A stretch of DNA of 64,000 nucleotides. Source: a virus. Shown one piece after another: positions 27,828 through 37,441 of the stretch. The DNA is taken from positions 64,001 to 128,000 of IMG/VR virus record IMGVR_UViG_3300025237_000001; one strand, 5' to 3'. The notes beneath the pieces are model-generated. The model worked only from the letters and a program-made list of their open reading frames with translations, searched no databases and was not told the DNA's origin. Positions within the stretch are counted from its first letter, which is position 1; every line of letters starts with the position of its first letter. The translations under genes and the position numbers were made by a program.

Positions 27828-28790
27828 ATGAGTGATGTTAATAAAACATATGTATTTGAGACAGTATTAATTAGTGGTACAACTGGTACTACTGCCGAGT
27901 ATATAACTGGTGCTACTTTTAATCCTACTACAGGTGATTTAAATTTAGAAACAGTTTCTGGAAATACAATTACTACTAATTTTGATGGTAGGTATTCCTT
28001 AACGGGGCATACTCATGATGATTTATATTCCTTAACAGGACATACTCATGATGATTTATATTCCTTAACAGGACATACTCATGATGATTTATATTCCTTA
28101 ACAGGACATACTCATACCATATCTGAAATAGTTGATTTTCCAACTTCCTTATCCGCATTTACTAATGATGAAGGTTTTATTACTGAAGATACTAACGATT
28201 TTGTAACAGGAGCAACATTTAACACATTAACTGGTGAATTTATTTTAACTACACTTTCAGGTAATACGGTAAGTGAAACTCTAGATGGTAGGTATTTATT
28301 ATCTGATGATTACACACCAAGTGATTCTAACACCGATGATTATGTAACTGGAGGTACATTTAATAATGAAATATTAGAATTTACTAGATTATCAGGTGCA
28401 ACATTTAATATTGATTTATCTAACACATATTCTCTTACAGGACATACTCATACCATGTCTGAAATAGTTGATTTTTCTGGTTCAACAGCTAATGATTACA
28501 CTACTACTGCTGAGCTTACTAGTGGTAACACTTTAAATTTCACAAGATTATCAGGTGGTACATATAATGTTGTTTTAACTGGTTTAACAGGTACTGTTGC
28601 TGGACCAATTACTTTTTCTGCGGAAACACTTAGTGGTACTACAACATATGTTGGTTATGGGGAGGTTAATGCTTGTAAAATTAGGAGAATTATTACTTCT
28701 TCTGGGACTACATATTCAGCATTTTGGTCCAATGGTGAAGAAACTTTAGATAAATTTTGGGCAAATAGATATAGTTATGGGTATTTTTAA
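27828..28790 (+). CDS. Tail fibre-like protein with HxH repeats
   Basis: YSLTGHTH x5 and DDYVTG.TF modules shared with 6732 and 8775. Confidence 0.7.
   Translation: MSDVNKTYVFETVLISGTTGTTAEYITGATFNPTTGDLNLETVSGNTITTNFDGRYSLTGHTHDDLYSLTGHTHDDLYSLTGHTHDDLYSLTGHTHTISEIVDFPTSLSAFTNDEGFITEDTNDFVTGATFNTLTGEFILTTLSGNTVSETLDGRYLLSDDYTPSDSNTDDYVTGGTFNNEILEFTRLSGATFNIDLSNTYSLTGHTHTMSEIVDFSGSTANDYTTTAELTSGNTLNFTRLSGGTYNVVLTGLTGTVAGPITFSAETLSGTTTYVGYGEVNACKIRRIITSSGTTYSAFWSNGEETLDKFWANRYSYGYF
27993..28115 (+). repeat. 33-nt in-frame tandem repeat (3 full copies and 1 partial)
   Basis: Unit TATTCCTTAACAGGACATACTCATGATGATTTA encoding YSLTGHTHDDL. Confidence 0.95.
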
Positions 28791-28829
28791 TTAAAATACC
28801 CATATTTATAAGAAAGTATAAATTATTAA

Positions 28830-29564
28830 ATGAAAGCATTTCCAATAAGTCAAGATTTAGATGTTATACAAGCAGAAGTTGACTTAAATACAGCTAAGGT
28901 AACTGATTTAGTTCATCCACTTGTAGAGACAGCAGTTCCGTTAGGGGCTTTGTTCACTGATACAATTTATGATGACTCCGCTATACAAGCGGAAGTTGAC
29001 TTAAATACAGATAAAGTGACTGATTTAGTTCATCCATTGGTTGAAACGGCAGTGCCTATTGGAGCCTTATTTACTGATACAGTTTATGATGATGCAACAA
29101 TACAAGCAGAAGTTGACTTAAATACAGCTAAAGTAACTGATTTAGTTCACCCATTGGTTGAAACAGCGGTGCCTATTGGCGCATTATTCACTGATACAGT
29201 TTACGATGACTCTAATACATTAGTTGATTCAGACGCAAAAACTTTAGTAACTCCTACTAATAAATTAATTACAGAGGATGATGTTATTTCGGTTGCATCT
29301 ATGTTTGAAGTTGAAATAGATGTGGGTGCTACACCAGTATCAGAAGCAAGTATTTCAGTAACAGATGCCTCTATAACAACTAGCTCTAAAATACTTGGTA
29401 GTGTGGCTTATTTAGCCCCTACTGGGAAAGATTTAGACGAGATAGAAATGGATACTTTTGATTTAAAATTTGAACCATTGGTGGGTAGTTTCAATCTTAA
29501 GATTAAAGGATTAGAAGGGTATATAGCAGATAAATTCAAAATTAACTATTCCGTTTCAGTATAA
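28830..29564 (+). CDS. Fibre/structural protein with 39-aa repeats
   Basis: IQAEVDLNT.KVTDLVHPLVETAVP.GALFTDT.YDD x3. Confidence 0.7.
   Translation: MKAFPISQDLDVIQAEVDLNTAKVTDLVHPLVETAVPLGALFTDTIYDDSAIQAEVDLNTDKVTDLVHPLVETAVPIGALFTDTVYDDATIQAEVDLNTAKVTDLVHPLVETAVPIGALFTDTVYDDSNTLVDSDAKTLVTPTNKLITEDDVISVASMFEVEIDVGATPVSEASISVTDASITTSSKILGSVAYLAPTGKDLDEIEMDTFDLKFEPLVGSFNLKIKGLEGYIADKFKINYSVSV
28866..29216 (+). repeat. 117-nt tandem repeat x3
   Basis: Units start at 28866, 28983 and 29100. Confidence 0.9.
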
Positions 29565-29576
29565 AATATAAAAAAT

Positions 29577-30473
29577 ATGGCAATTATAAAATCAGGTGAA
29601 TCAACCGACCAACTAACAATAGACCCAACAAGTAAGGCAGCTAGAGTAACACTTTATGACACTGCGGGAGATGTTGTGGACCGTTCTATACCAATTAGTA
29701 TTCCTGTAAATCCAGTAACAGTAGTGGATAACGACCTTGTTGCGTCATTCGATGCGGGTGCATACAAATTTGTGTCTATCCAATTAACAGGAACATGGGT
29801 TGGTACAGTTTCATTTCAAGGTTCAAATGATAATGGAACTTTTGAGGATATTGTAGTACAAAATACAGGTTCAGTCCTTACTCCATATACATTAAGTAGT
29901 TCCACTAACGGTGGGGTAAAAATTCCAATTCTTTTTAAATATTTAAGAATACGAGTTACTGCATATAGTTCTGGAACTGTTGAAGGTACTGCTTTTGGAT
30001 TAAAAGAAGATTCCAACACAGGACAGATTTCATCTACTGGTATAGTAGATATTGGAGCTGGTCAAACAGTAGGTTTGGATGTAGGTGATAATATTATAGG
30101 GTCTGTTCGTCTATTATCTCCAATTACAGCTTCCACAATATACACTAAATTTATTTCAGGTATTGGAACTAATGAAACTTTAGTTAAAGGGAGTACCGCT
30201 AATATGATGACACTACATATTATAAGTACGGCTGCAACACCACGTTATTTTAAACTTTATAATAAAGCAACTACACCAATCGTAGGTACTGATGTACCAA
30301 TGATAACCATTGGTATGGCTAGTGCTGGGGCTAGTAATTTTCAAGTACCTTTATTTACTGGTATAGATTTTTCACTTGGTCTAGGGTTTGCAATTACTTT
30401 AGGTGTTGACGATAGCGATACAACTTCATTCACTGTGATTGGGGAGGTAACAGGTATGATAGGGTATACTTAA
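29577..30473 (+). CDS. Virion structural protein, beta-rich
   Basis: 298 aa; VSIQLTGTWVGTVSFQGSND jelly-roll-like segment; fibre-cluster context. Confidence 0.55.
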   Translation: MAIIKSGESTDQLTIDPTSKAARVTLYDTAGDVVDRSIPISIPVNPVTVVDNDLVASFDAGAYKFVSIQLTGTWVGTVSFQGSNDNGTFEDIVVQNTGSVLTPYTLSSSTNGGVKIPILFKYLRIRVTAYSSGTVEGTAFGLKEDSNTGQISSTGIVDIGAGQTVGLDVGDNIIGSVRLLSPITASTIYTKFISGIGTNETLVKGSTANMMTLHIISTAATPRYFKLYNKATTPIVGTDVPMITIGMASAGASNFQVPLFTGIDFSLGLGFAITLGVDDSDTTSFTVIGEVTGMIGYT

Positions 30474-30689
30474 AAAATAATAATTAAACAAAAATAATTA
30501 ACATGGAAACTACTACAGATGAAGCTTTTATTATATTACAAGGGGCAAGGTTAATATACACACAACTTATCGTTGTGAAGCTAATTCATCAAACACAGTT
30601 AAGTTAACTTAACATTTTATTTATTTTTTAATTTACTTTTAACTATTTATATATATAATAAAAAAGTATTAAAATTTAACAATATAATT

Positions 30690-30896
30690 ATGACAGCAAC
30701 AGAAATAGCAATAAGTGACTTAACCGTTCAGACAACAGCATTACTTGCTGCGGTTAATTTTTCGAAAACAAATCTTGAAAATCAAATCGCTAACGCAGTT
30801 GTTATATCAGAAAACGCATCACAAATACCACTTGCTACAATAGCAGTGTCCATTATAGACACACAAACAATATTTGTTAACAATTTAACTAAATAA
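30690..30896 (+). CDS. Hypothetical helical protein
   Basis: N-terminus resembles 30898 (TEIA.L...TTALL.AV). Confidence 0.6.
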   Translation: MTATEIAISDLTVQTTALLAAVNFSKTNLENQIANAVVISENASQIPLATIAVSIIDTQTIFVNNLTK

Positions 30897-30897
30897 T

Positions 30898-31491
30898 ATG
30901 AGTATAGAAACAGAAATAGCGGCATTAACAACTTCAACAACAGCATTATTAAGTGCTGTCACAATACAACAAACAACTATTGAAGTTGCTGTATCAGGAT
31001 TTGCAACAACCACTACAAGAGTTGATGCTTTAAATTTAGTGGAGAATACGGCAGATGCAGATAAAGAAGTGAGTGGACCGCAAGCAACCGCAATTGGTTT
31101 AAAAGTTTCTGCAAGTGATTTAGCAAGTGTAAATGGTCAACCCTTAAATACAGGGTTAGCTTTAGTAATTGCGAGAGGTGCGATAGAAAAACCTGTATTA
31201 GTTTATGCAAGTAGAGCCACACTAAGAACACCTTCACTACCCGTTCCATTAGCGGGTGACATTCTAAATATTCCACACTTAGGGGAATTTCAATATGAAG
31301 TTAGTTTTAATTACGTTGATGATGATGAAACTGTATTTCAAGTAGTTGACCCATCTGATGGAGTAACTCCAATAGGTCAATGGGTTATGAGTTTAGAAGC
31401 TCATGAATTTACAGAGGTAAACAAGATGTTTGAAAATGCAGTATTATGGGAGTGGATGGAAGATGAACAATTAAGGTTTGCAACCTATTAA
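30898..31491 (+). CDS. Fibre-associated protein
   Basis: LNLVENTADADKEVSGPQATAI motif typical of fibre shafts. Confidence 0.55.
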   Translation: MSIETEIAALTTSTTALLSAVTIQQTTIEVAVSGFATTTTRVDALNLVENTADADKEVSGPQATAIGLKVSASDLASVNGQPLNTGLALVIARGAIEKPVLVYASRATLRTPSLPVPLAGDILNIPHLGEFQYEVSFNYVDDDETVFQVVDPSDGVTPIGQWVMSLEAHEFTEVNKMFENAVLWEWMEDEQLRFATY

Positions 31492-31529
31492 AAAATAAAA
31501 AAGATATTAAAAAAATATATTAAAAAATT

Positions 31530-32999
31530 ATGGGATTATTTAGAGCAGAAAATTTACTACGTGGTGTTGAAGCACAAACCACGTCAGGTGCTGAATTAGA
31601 AACAATATTATCAGGTTCTACAGCACAAAAAGCTGAGTTTGGGGCAATGTTGAGTACAAGACATATGGCACGTAGGATGGCGGGAAACCCTATCACTATG
31701 ACTGCTATTAATGCAAGTGATAAAGCAATTGAGACGGTTTTCACAAACACATCTACATATAACTTTAGACCAATAGAAGAAATTGCTAAAAACTCAGGGG
31801 CGATGGTAAACACTTCAACAACTTTAACTTCACTTAATGCAGTGACCGCAAATTCAATAGCTTTTGGTTATTTTAGTGCGTCAGAATTTTATGAAGGAGT
31901 TGCTGGAGTTAATATTTTAAACATCTTATCAACATTAATTGGGGATGCTCCAGGAACTCACGCAAGTTTAGCTGCAATGGTTGCAAATACAACAGCAATG
32001 AATGCAATCACAGTTAATACGGGGGCAGTAACAGCACTCGCATCAAGTGCTTTAGCAATGAATGAAGTTGTTTTAGTAGGTGCAGCAGTTGCAGACCTTG
32101 CTGGTAATACTGCCGCAATAACTATCATTGCTAATTCTGATATAGCAGTGACTATTGTTGGAGGTTCTACAATTGCAATTGATAATTTAACGACTGAAGC
32201 AAGAACAATAGTTACAGGTGTACCTTCAGCTTTAGCAATCCTTGGTGCTAATCATGATGGATGGCAATATATACTTGATACGTCTACAACATTGAATAAT
32301 AACATATTTAATTTACTTATTGCTTTTGGTGGGTTAGATGCTACTGTCTTTGGAGATGTAGCTTCAATATTTGCTGATGCAACTGCATCAGCAGCAGTTG
32401 CATCCAGTCACCCCGCAATGCAAGCAGTTGTAGCAGAGGCAAACAAAACTAAATATCCTGGAACAACAGGTGCAATGGATAAAATTATTGCTAGTGATAA
32501 CCTCGCAACAGTACTGGCTTCAAGTGTAGCTATAGCTCATATTACAGAAGATGAAGATATCATGGATGTATTAATAGCTAATGAAACTGCATTCCCACTA
32601 TTGTTAGATAGTTCAGCAGCAAAAGCAGCAATATTTACATCGTCAACATTAACAACAACTATGTTAACTGCTGAGTCTACATCTTTAGCAACTGTTCAAG
32701 GATTAGCACAATCTACAACGATTGTCAATGACGCTCTTATAGGTACATTTAAAACTTCTGGTGTAGCTGGAAATATGATACTTCTTACGGGAGTAATGGG
32801 GTCAATAGTTGCAACAACGTTGGCTAACACATTTAAAGGAGATACTCAAGCAGAATTTACTATTGGTATTCCAGGAACTTCTTTATCAAGTGGTCCAGTA
32901 AATATAAATCTACCGTTTACTAACATGGTTTGGGATATTGCGAGTATAGCGGCAACAGCCGCTGGTAATGTAACAATTACATATGTAGATTTTAATTAA
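31530..32999 (+). CDS. Ala-rich, helical-repeat hypothetical protein
   Basis: 489 aa; recurring A..A.A.SS.AM..V helices. Confidence 0.7.
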   Translation: MGLFRAENLLRGVEAQTTSGAELETILSGSTAQKAEFGAMLSTRHMARRMAGNPITMTAINASDKAIETVFTNTSTYNFRPIEEIAKNSGAMVNTSTTLTSLNAVTANSIAFGYFSASEFYEGVAGVNILNILSTLIGDAPGTHASLAAMVANTTAMNAITVNTGAVTALASSALAMNEVVLVGAAVADLAGNTAAITIIANSDIAVTIVGGSTIAIDNLTTEARTIVTGVPSALAILGANHDGWQYILDTSTTLNNNIFNLLIAFGGLDATVFGDVASIFADATASAAVASSHPAMQAVVAEANKTKYPGTTGAMDKIIASDNLATVLASSVAIAHITEDEDIMDVLIANETAFPLLLDSSAAKAAIFTSSTLTTTMLTAESTSLATVQGLAQSTTIVNDALIGTFKTSGVAGNMILLTGVMGSIVATTLANTFKGDTQAEFTIGIPGTSLSSGPVNINLPFTNMVWDIASIAATAAGNVTITYVDFN

Positions 33000-33007
33000 A
33001 ATTTTAA

Positions 33008-33385
33008 ATGTCACAAGAATTAAATTATTACGGACATTTAAATGAAACTGGATTAACTGTTATAGCTAAAGTCTATAACAAATCTGGGGTTCAAGTCGGT
33101 GGTGATGTTACTTGTAGTGAATCGGGTGTTTTATCAATTTATATTGGTGATATGCCCACATTAGCTTTAGGTGAGTATGGCGTTAGATTTTTTAACGGTA
33201 TTGTGTTATTGGGTCAAGGTAATATTTTTTGGAACGGAACTGAAGAAGTTGAAATTTTGGATATTGAGTCGAAAGTTGATGTACTTGATACTGAAATGGA
33301 AATTATTGATGGTAAATTAATAACGGTTCAACATTCAATAAATGTTAACACAGAACTTTTAAAGAATAAACCTAATAATCCATAA
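33008..33385 (+). CDS. Hypothetical structural protein
   Basis: 125 aa; beta-rich N-terminus and short coiled C-terminus. Confidence 0.55.
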   Translation: MSQELNYYGHLNETGLTVIAKVYNKSGVQVGGDVTCSESGVLSIYIGDMPTLALGEYGVRFFNGIVLLGQGNIFWNGTEEVEILDIESKVDVLDTEMEIIDGKLITVQHSINVNTELLKNKPNNP

Positions 33386-33389
33386 TAAA

Positions 33390-33545
33390 TTATGATTCCC
33401 CATATAGGTCTTTAGGTTTTAAACACGCTTCTTTTATTAGTTTCTCAACAAATCCAAACATTTTAAGTCCATTCTCATTACAATAATCTTTTAAAATTTT
33501 GTGAGTTGGTGGTGTTATTTTAAGGTTTTTACTACGTTTCATCAT
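33390..33545 (-). CDS. Small ribbon-helix-helix DNA-binding protein
   Basis: Start trimmed to MMKRSK; KNLKI beta strand, TPPTHKILKDYCNENG helix, LKMFGFVEKLI helix. Confidence 0.65.
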   Translation of the reverse strand: MMKRSKNLKITPPTHKILKDYCNENGLKMFGFVEKLIKEACLKPKDLYGES

Positions 33546-33554
33546 TCTTTTACT

Positions 33555-33615
33555 ATAAGTATGACAAAAGGTAGACAAAAGTCATACTTATTATGATGTA
33601 TTACATACATCATAA
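33555..33615. promoter_or_regulatory. Two inverted repeats in the RHH / sheath divergent region
   Basis: ATAAGTATGAC-N15-GTCATACTTAT (33555-33591) and TTATGATGTA-N5-TACATCATAA (33591-33615). Confidence 0.6.
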
Positions 33616-33681
33616 AAACTTTTGCTTTTATTTTTCATATTTATTTATAAATAAGCTATAACAAATTTAAAATATTAAAAT

Positions 33682-36105
33682 ATGAGTTCTAACAACAGAG
33701 TATTCGTAAGCCCAGGAGTTTACACTTCAGAAAAAGATTTATCATTCGTAACACGTCAAGTTGGAGTAACAACATTGGGGTTAGCTGGCGAAACTACAAA
33801 AGGTCCAGCATTCCAACCAATTTTTGTTTCTGACTTCGGTGAGTTTACAAATTTCTTTGGTGGGTTAAACGGTACAAAATTTTCCGACACAGGTTACCCA
33901 AAATATGAATTGCCATATATCGCAAAATCATACTTCACAAAATCAAATCAAATGTATGTAACAAGAGTGTTAGGTTTTTCAGGATATGACGCTGGAGATT
34001 CTTGGGCTGTAACAGGTGATAATAATCAAGTGGTTGCACTTTTAAGAAGTAGAGCAACATATGATGCTAGTGAAATATTAGCGTTTGAGGTTACTGGAAG
34101 TACTTTAGGGATGGGGAATACATCTGCTGTCGCTTTAGACGCAGAGGCAACATTCACTCTTTCTGGTACATCTTTAGTATCTGGAGCGTTTTCATACGAA
34201 GTTTCATTCGATTCAACTAAAAAGAATTTCATTTCTAGAGTATTAGGGACTAACACTCAAGTTGGTCAAGCCCCTATTTATGTTGAAGAGATTTATTCTG
34301 AAATGTTAGCTGATTTAATCACTACATCAGGAATTACGGGTCTTACAACGTCTTTAGTTGAAACTACATCTGTAGACACTGATTATAAAACAGAATACTT
34401 ACCAGCGATATCACCATATGTGGTTTCAGAGATAAACGGTAACGTTATTAAAAAATTATTCAGATTCATTACGATTTCTGATGGTAATACTGCTAATAAA
34501 GAGGTTAAAATCTCTATTGAAAACATTAAACCTGATTCTAGAGAATTTGATATTAGAGTTAGAGCATTTTATGATAAAGACGCTAGTGTTGTTACTCTTG
34601 AAAAATTTTCAAGGTGTACAATGGACCCAAATTCTGACAACTTCGTTGCTAGAAGAATTGGTACTTTAGATGGTTTTTACGCATCTAAATCTAATTACTT
34701 ATTACTAGAGTTAGATACTGATGAAGATACTTCTGAATCATTCCCAGCGGGTATGACAGGTGTACCAACTAGAGAGTATACACTTCCAACATTGGCACCA
34801 GAAATAGAATATAACTTAGCTTATGTTCCTTACTCTAAAGTTAGAAAAATATACTTAGGTGTATCTGATACTGTAGGTATTGACCAAAATTTCTTTAATT
34901 TCTTAGGAAAGCAAACAACAACTGGCATGACACAAGGTTTCCACATGGATGTAGATGCTAGTGGGGTAACTGTAAATGGTGTTGGGTTTGTAACTGGAGA
35001 TTCAAATTTCCAAACTGACGCTCAATTAGAATTATCTGGTAATAGTTATACAAAATTATACTCAAGAAAATTCACAATGGCACCTTACGGTGGTTTTGAT
35101 GGATGGGATATTTATAGAGCTAGTAGAACTATCACTGACACTTATTCTAAAGGTCAATTAAAAAGTGAAGCTGCTAAAGCTAGTGGAGCGATTGAAACAA
35201 AGATTACTTCAACTGGTGACGAAGGAACAACTTCTGATTACTACGCTTACTTTGAAGCAATTAATACGTTCAATAACCCTGAAGCGATTAACATTAATGT
35301 GTTCGCAACTCCAGGTATTGACTTATTAAACAACACAAATCTTGTTGAAGAAACTATTGAAATGATAGAAGAAAAGAGATGTGATTCAATTTATCTTGCA
35401 ACTACTCCAGATGTAAATGCTGGTGATGATGCGATTATTGATGTTGATGACTTAGTGGGTCAATTAGACAACACTGGAATCGATAGTAATTACACGGCAA
35501 CGTACTGGCCTTGGGTTCAAGTAAATGATACAGACAATAATGTATTGATTTTCTTACCACCAACAAGAGACGTTTGTAGAAACATCGCATTAACTGATAA
35601 CGTATCACATCCATGGTTCGCAGTAGCTGGTGTTCAAAGAGGTATTGTACAAGCTGAGAAAGCTAGAGTTAAATTAACCCTAGACCAAAGAGATGTATTA
35701 TATGAAGGTAGAGTTAACCCGATTGCGACATTCGCATCTGAAGGTCTTGTGATTTTTGGTAACAAAAACTTACAAGTTAAAGAAACTGCTTTAAATAGAC
35801 TTAACGTAAGAAGATTATTATTACAAGCAAGAAAATTAATCTCTGCTGTATCAATAAGATTATTATTCGAACAAAACGATGAAGTTGTAAGAAACCAATT
35901 CAAATCATTAGTTAACCCAATTCTAGAGAACATTAGAAGTGAAAGAGGTTTAGTAGATTTCCGTGTGGAAGTTGATAACACTCCAGAAGCAATTGATAGA
36001 GGTGAGTTAAATGGTAGAATTTTTATCAAACCAACAAGAGCTTTAGAGTTCATAACTGTAGAATTCGTAGTGATGAACACAGGTGCTTCATTCGAAGACG
36101 TATAA
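33682..36105 (+). CDS. Tail sheath protein
   Basis: FVSPGVYTSEKD, YTATYWPWV, PWFAVAG..RG, LNVRRLL, GRIFIKPTRALEFITVEF. Confidence 0.95.
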   Translation: MSSNNRVFVSPGVYTSEKDLSFVTRQVGVTTLGLAGETTKGPAFQPIFVSDFGEFTNFFGGLNGTKFSDTGYPKYELPYIAKSYFTKSNQMYVTRVLGFSGYDAGDSWAVTGDNNQVVALLRSRATYDASEILAFEVTGSTLGMGNTSAVALDAEATFTLSGTSLVSGAFSYEVSFDSTKKNFISRVLGTNTQVGQAPIYVEEIYSEMLADLITTSGITGLTTSLVETTSVDTDYKTEYLPAISPYVVSEINGNVIKKLFRFITISDGNTANKEVKISIENIKPDSREFDIRVRAFYDKDASVVTLEKFSRCTMDPNSDNFVARRIGTLDGFYASKSNYLLLELDTDEDTSESFPAGMTGVPTREYTLPTLAPEIEYNLAYVPYSKVRKIYLGVSDTVGIDQNFFNFLGKQTTTGMTQGFHMDVDASGVTVNGVGFVTGDSNFQTDAQLELSGNSYTKLYSRKFTMAPYGGFDGWDIYRASRTITDTYSKGQLKSEAAKASGAIETKITSTGDEGTTSDYYAYFEAINTFNNPEAININVFATPGIDLLNNTNLVEETIEMIEEKRCDSIYLATTPDVNAGDDAIIDVDDLVGQLDNTGIDSNYTATYWPWVQVNDTDNNVLIFLPPTRDVCRNIALTDNVSHPWFAVAGVQRGIVQAEKARVKLTLDQRDVLYEGRVNPIATFASEGLVIFGNKNLQVKETALNRLNVRRLLLQARKLISAVSIRLLFEQNDEVVRNQFKSLVNPILENIRSERGLVDFRVEVDNTPEAIDRGELNGRIFIKPTRALEFITVEFVVMNTGASFEDV

Positions 36106-36117
36106 AAAAAAATTAAT

Positions 36118-36149
36118 ATATGTGAGGAAATTTTTCTTTCCTCACATAT
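36118..36149 (+). other. 13-bp hairpin between the sheath and tube genes
   Basis: ATATGTGAGGAAA-N6-TTTCCTCACATAT; the 3' arm overlaps the TATTTATA box at 36147-36154. Confidence 0.6.
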
Positions 36150-36191
36150 TTATAATTAAATAAGATAAATTAAAATTAAAACAAATATATT

Positions 36192-36680
36192 ATGAGTGAT
36201 TTACTAATGAAAATGCCCGTACCTTACGAACCAAAGAAAAAAAATAGATGGTTAATGAGATTCCCAGCTGAATTGGGTATTCAACAATGGTGGTTACAAT
36301 CAGCATCACGTCCTTCAATCGAACAAAATGAAGTTGAGATTCCATTCTTAAACACTTCAACATGGGTGATTGGTAGATTTACATGGTCAACTATAGATGT
36401 TGTCTTTAGAGATGCTATAGGACCTTCATCTGCCCAAGCTATTATGGAATGGGTAAGATTACAATCAGAATCTGTAACAGGTAGACAAGGTTATGCTGCT
36501 GGTTACAAGAAAGACATCGAAATTGAGATGTTAGACCCAACTGGAGTTGTTGTTGAGAAATGGCAATTACAAGGTTCTATGTTAACTAACGTAGGATTTG
36601 GTGACCTAGCAATGGATGATGACGGTATCGCTGACATTACAACAACAATTAGATTTGACAGAGCAATCTTAATCTTCTAA
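36192..36680 (+). CDS. Tail tube protein (T4 gp19-like)
   Basis: PYEPKKKNRW, IEMLDPTGVVVEKWQLQG, follows the sheath gene. Confidence 0.9.
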   Translation: MSDLLMKMPVPYEPKKKNRWLMRFPAELGIQQWWLQSASRPSIEQNEVEIPFLNTSTWVIGRFTWSTIDVVFRDAIGPSSAQAIMEWVRLQSESVTGRQGYAAGYKKDIEIEMLDPTGVVVEKWQLQGSMLTNVGFGDLAMDDDGIADITTTIRFDRAILIF

Positions 36681-36706
36681 TACGGTTTTAGACCGAAATA
36701 AAACTT

Positions 36707-36736
36707 AAACCTTTATTTAATTATAAGGGTTTTTTT
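36707..36736 (+). terminator. Intrinsic terminator after the tube gene
   Basis: AAACCTTTAT-TTAATT-ATAAGGGTTT followed by a T run. Confidence 0.65.
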
Positions 36737-36753
36737 ATGAAATAATTTAAAAT

Positions 36754-37440
36754 ATGATGTATATAAAATTTATATTAGGACAATTAAAAGTATTTGGAAT
36801 GGTTATAATAACATTCTTTATATTTCCATTTGTAACCTATCCTAGAAGGAGAGAGATTTGGGGAATGAAAAATGAACCATTAAAGAAATGGTATTGGTGG
36901 TATTCCGATACTTCTGAAACTGGATTTGGTAATGATGAAACAGATAATTATAATTACCTTAATTCAACTTATGGTATTTACGAACTTGTTAAGAAAAGAA
37001 ATTCACTAGGACATTGGGTTCCTGATTATGAGAAATTCGAAACATTTGGAAAATTAAGGAAATGGTTTTTATCATTTCATTGGCTTGTGTTTAGAAATGG
37101 TGCTTGGAACTATATTAGTACAACTAAACCAAAAACCACCAACATAACTAATCTTAGGTGTGTTAAATTAGTAGGTGATGCTGATTGTGATGTGGTAAGA
37201 AACAAAATGATACATGGTGTTCAATCTCTTAAATGGGAAGCAGAAGGTAAACCACAATTTCTATATTCATTTACTAAGAAAGCTAAGTGGTATAATATAC
37301 AACGATTAGGGGCATTAATATTCTCTTTTAAGAATTATAAATATTATACATTTGTTTGGGGTTCATCAATATGGAATGAAAAAATAAGTGATAATAGGTT
37401 TATCGTAAAAACAAGAGTATTTAATCTAGAAGACGTTTAA
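36754..37440 (+). CDS. Trp-rich membrane-anchored hypothetical protein, paralogue 1
   Basis: N-terminal hydrophobic helix, WWYSDTSETG, WLVFRNGAWN. Confidence 0.7.
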   Translation: MMYIKFILGQLKVFGMVIITFFIFPFVTYPRRREIWGMKNEPLKKWYWWYSDTSETGFGNDETDNYNYLNSTYGIYELVKKRNSLGHWVPDYEKFETFGKLRKWFLSFHWLVFRNGAWNYISTTKPKTTNITNLRCVKLVGDADCDVVRNKMIHGVQSLKWEAEGKPQFLYSFTKKAKWYNIQRLGALIFSFKNYKYYTFVWGSSIWNEKISDNRFIVKTRVFNLEDV

Positions 37441-37441
37441 A

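Noticed and set aside
27993-28115. 33-nt repeats as a CRISPR array
   Set aside because: The units are contiguous with no spacers, in frame within a CDS, and no cas genes are present.
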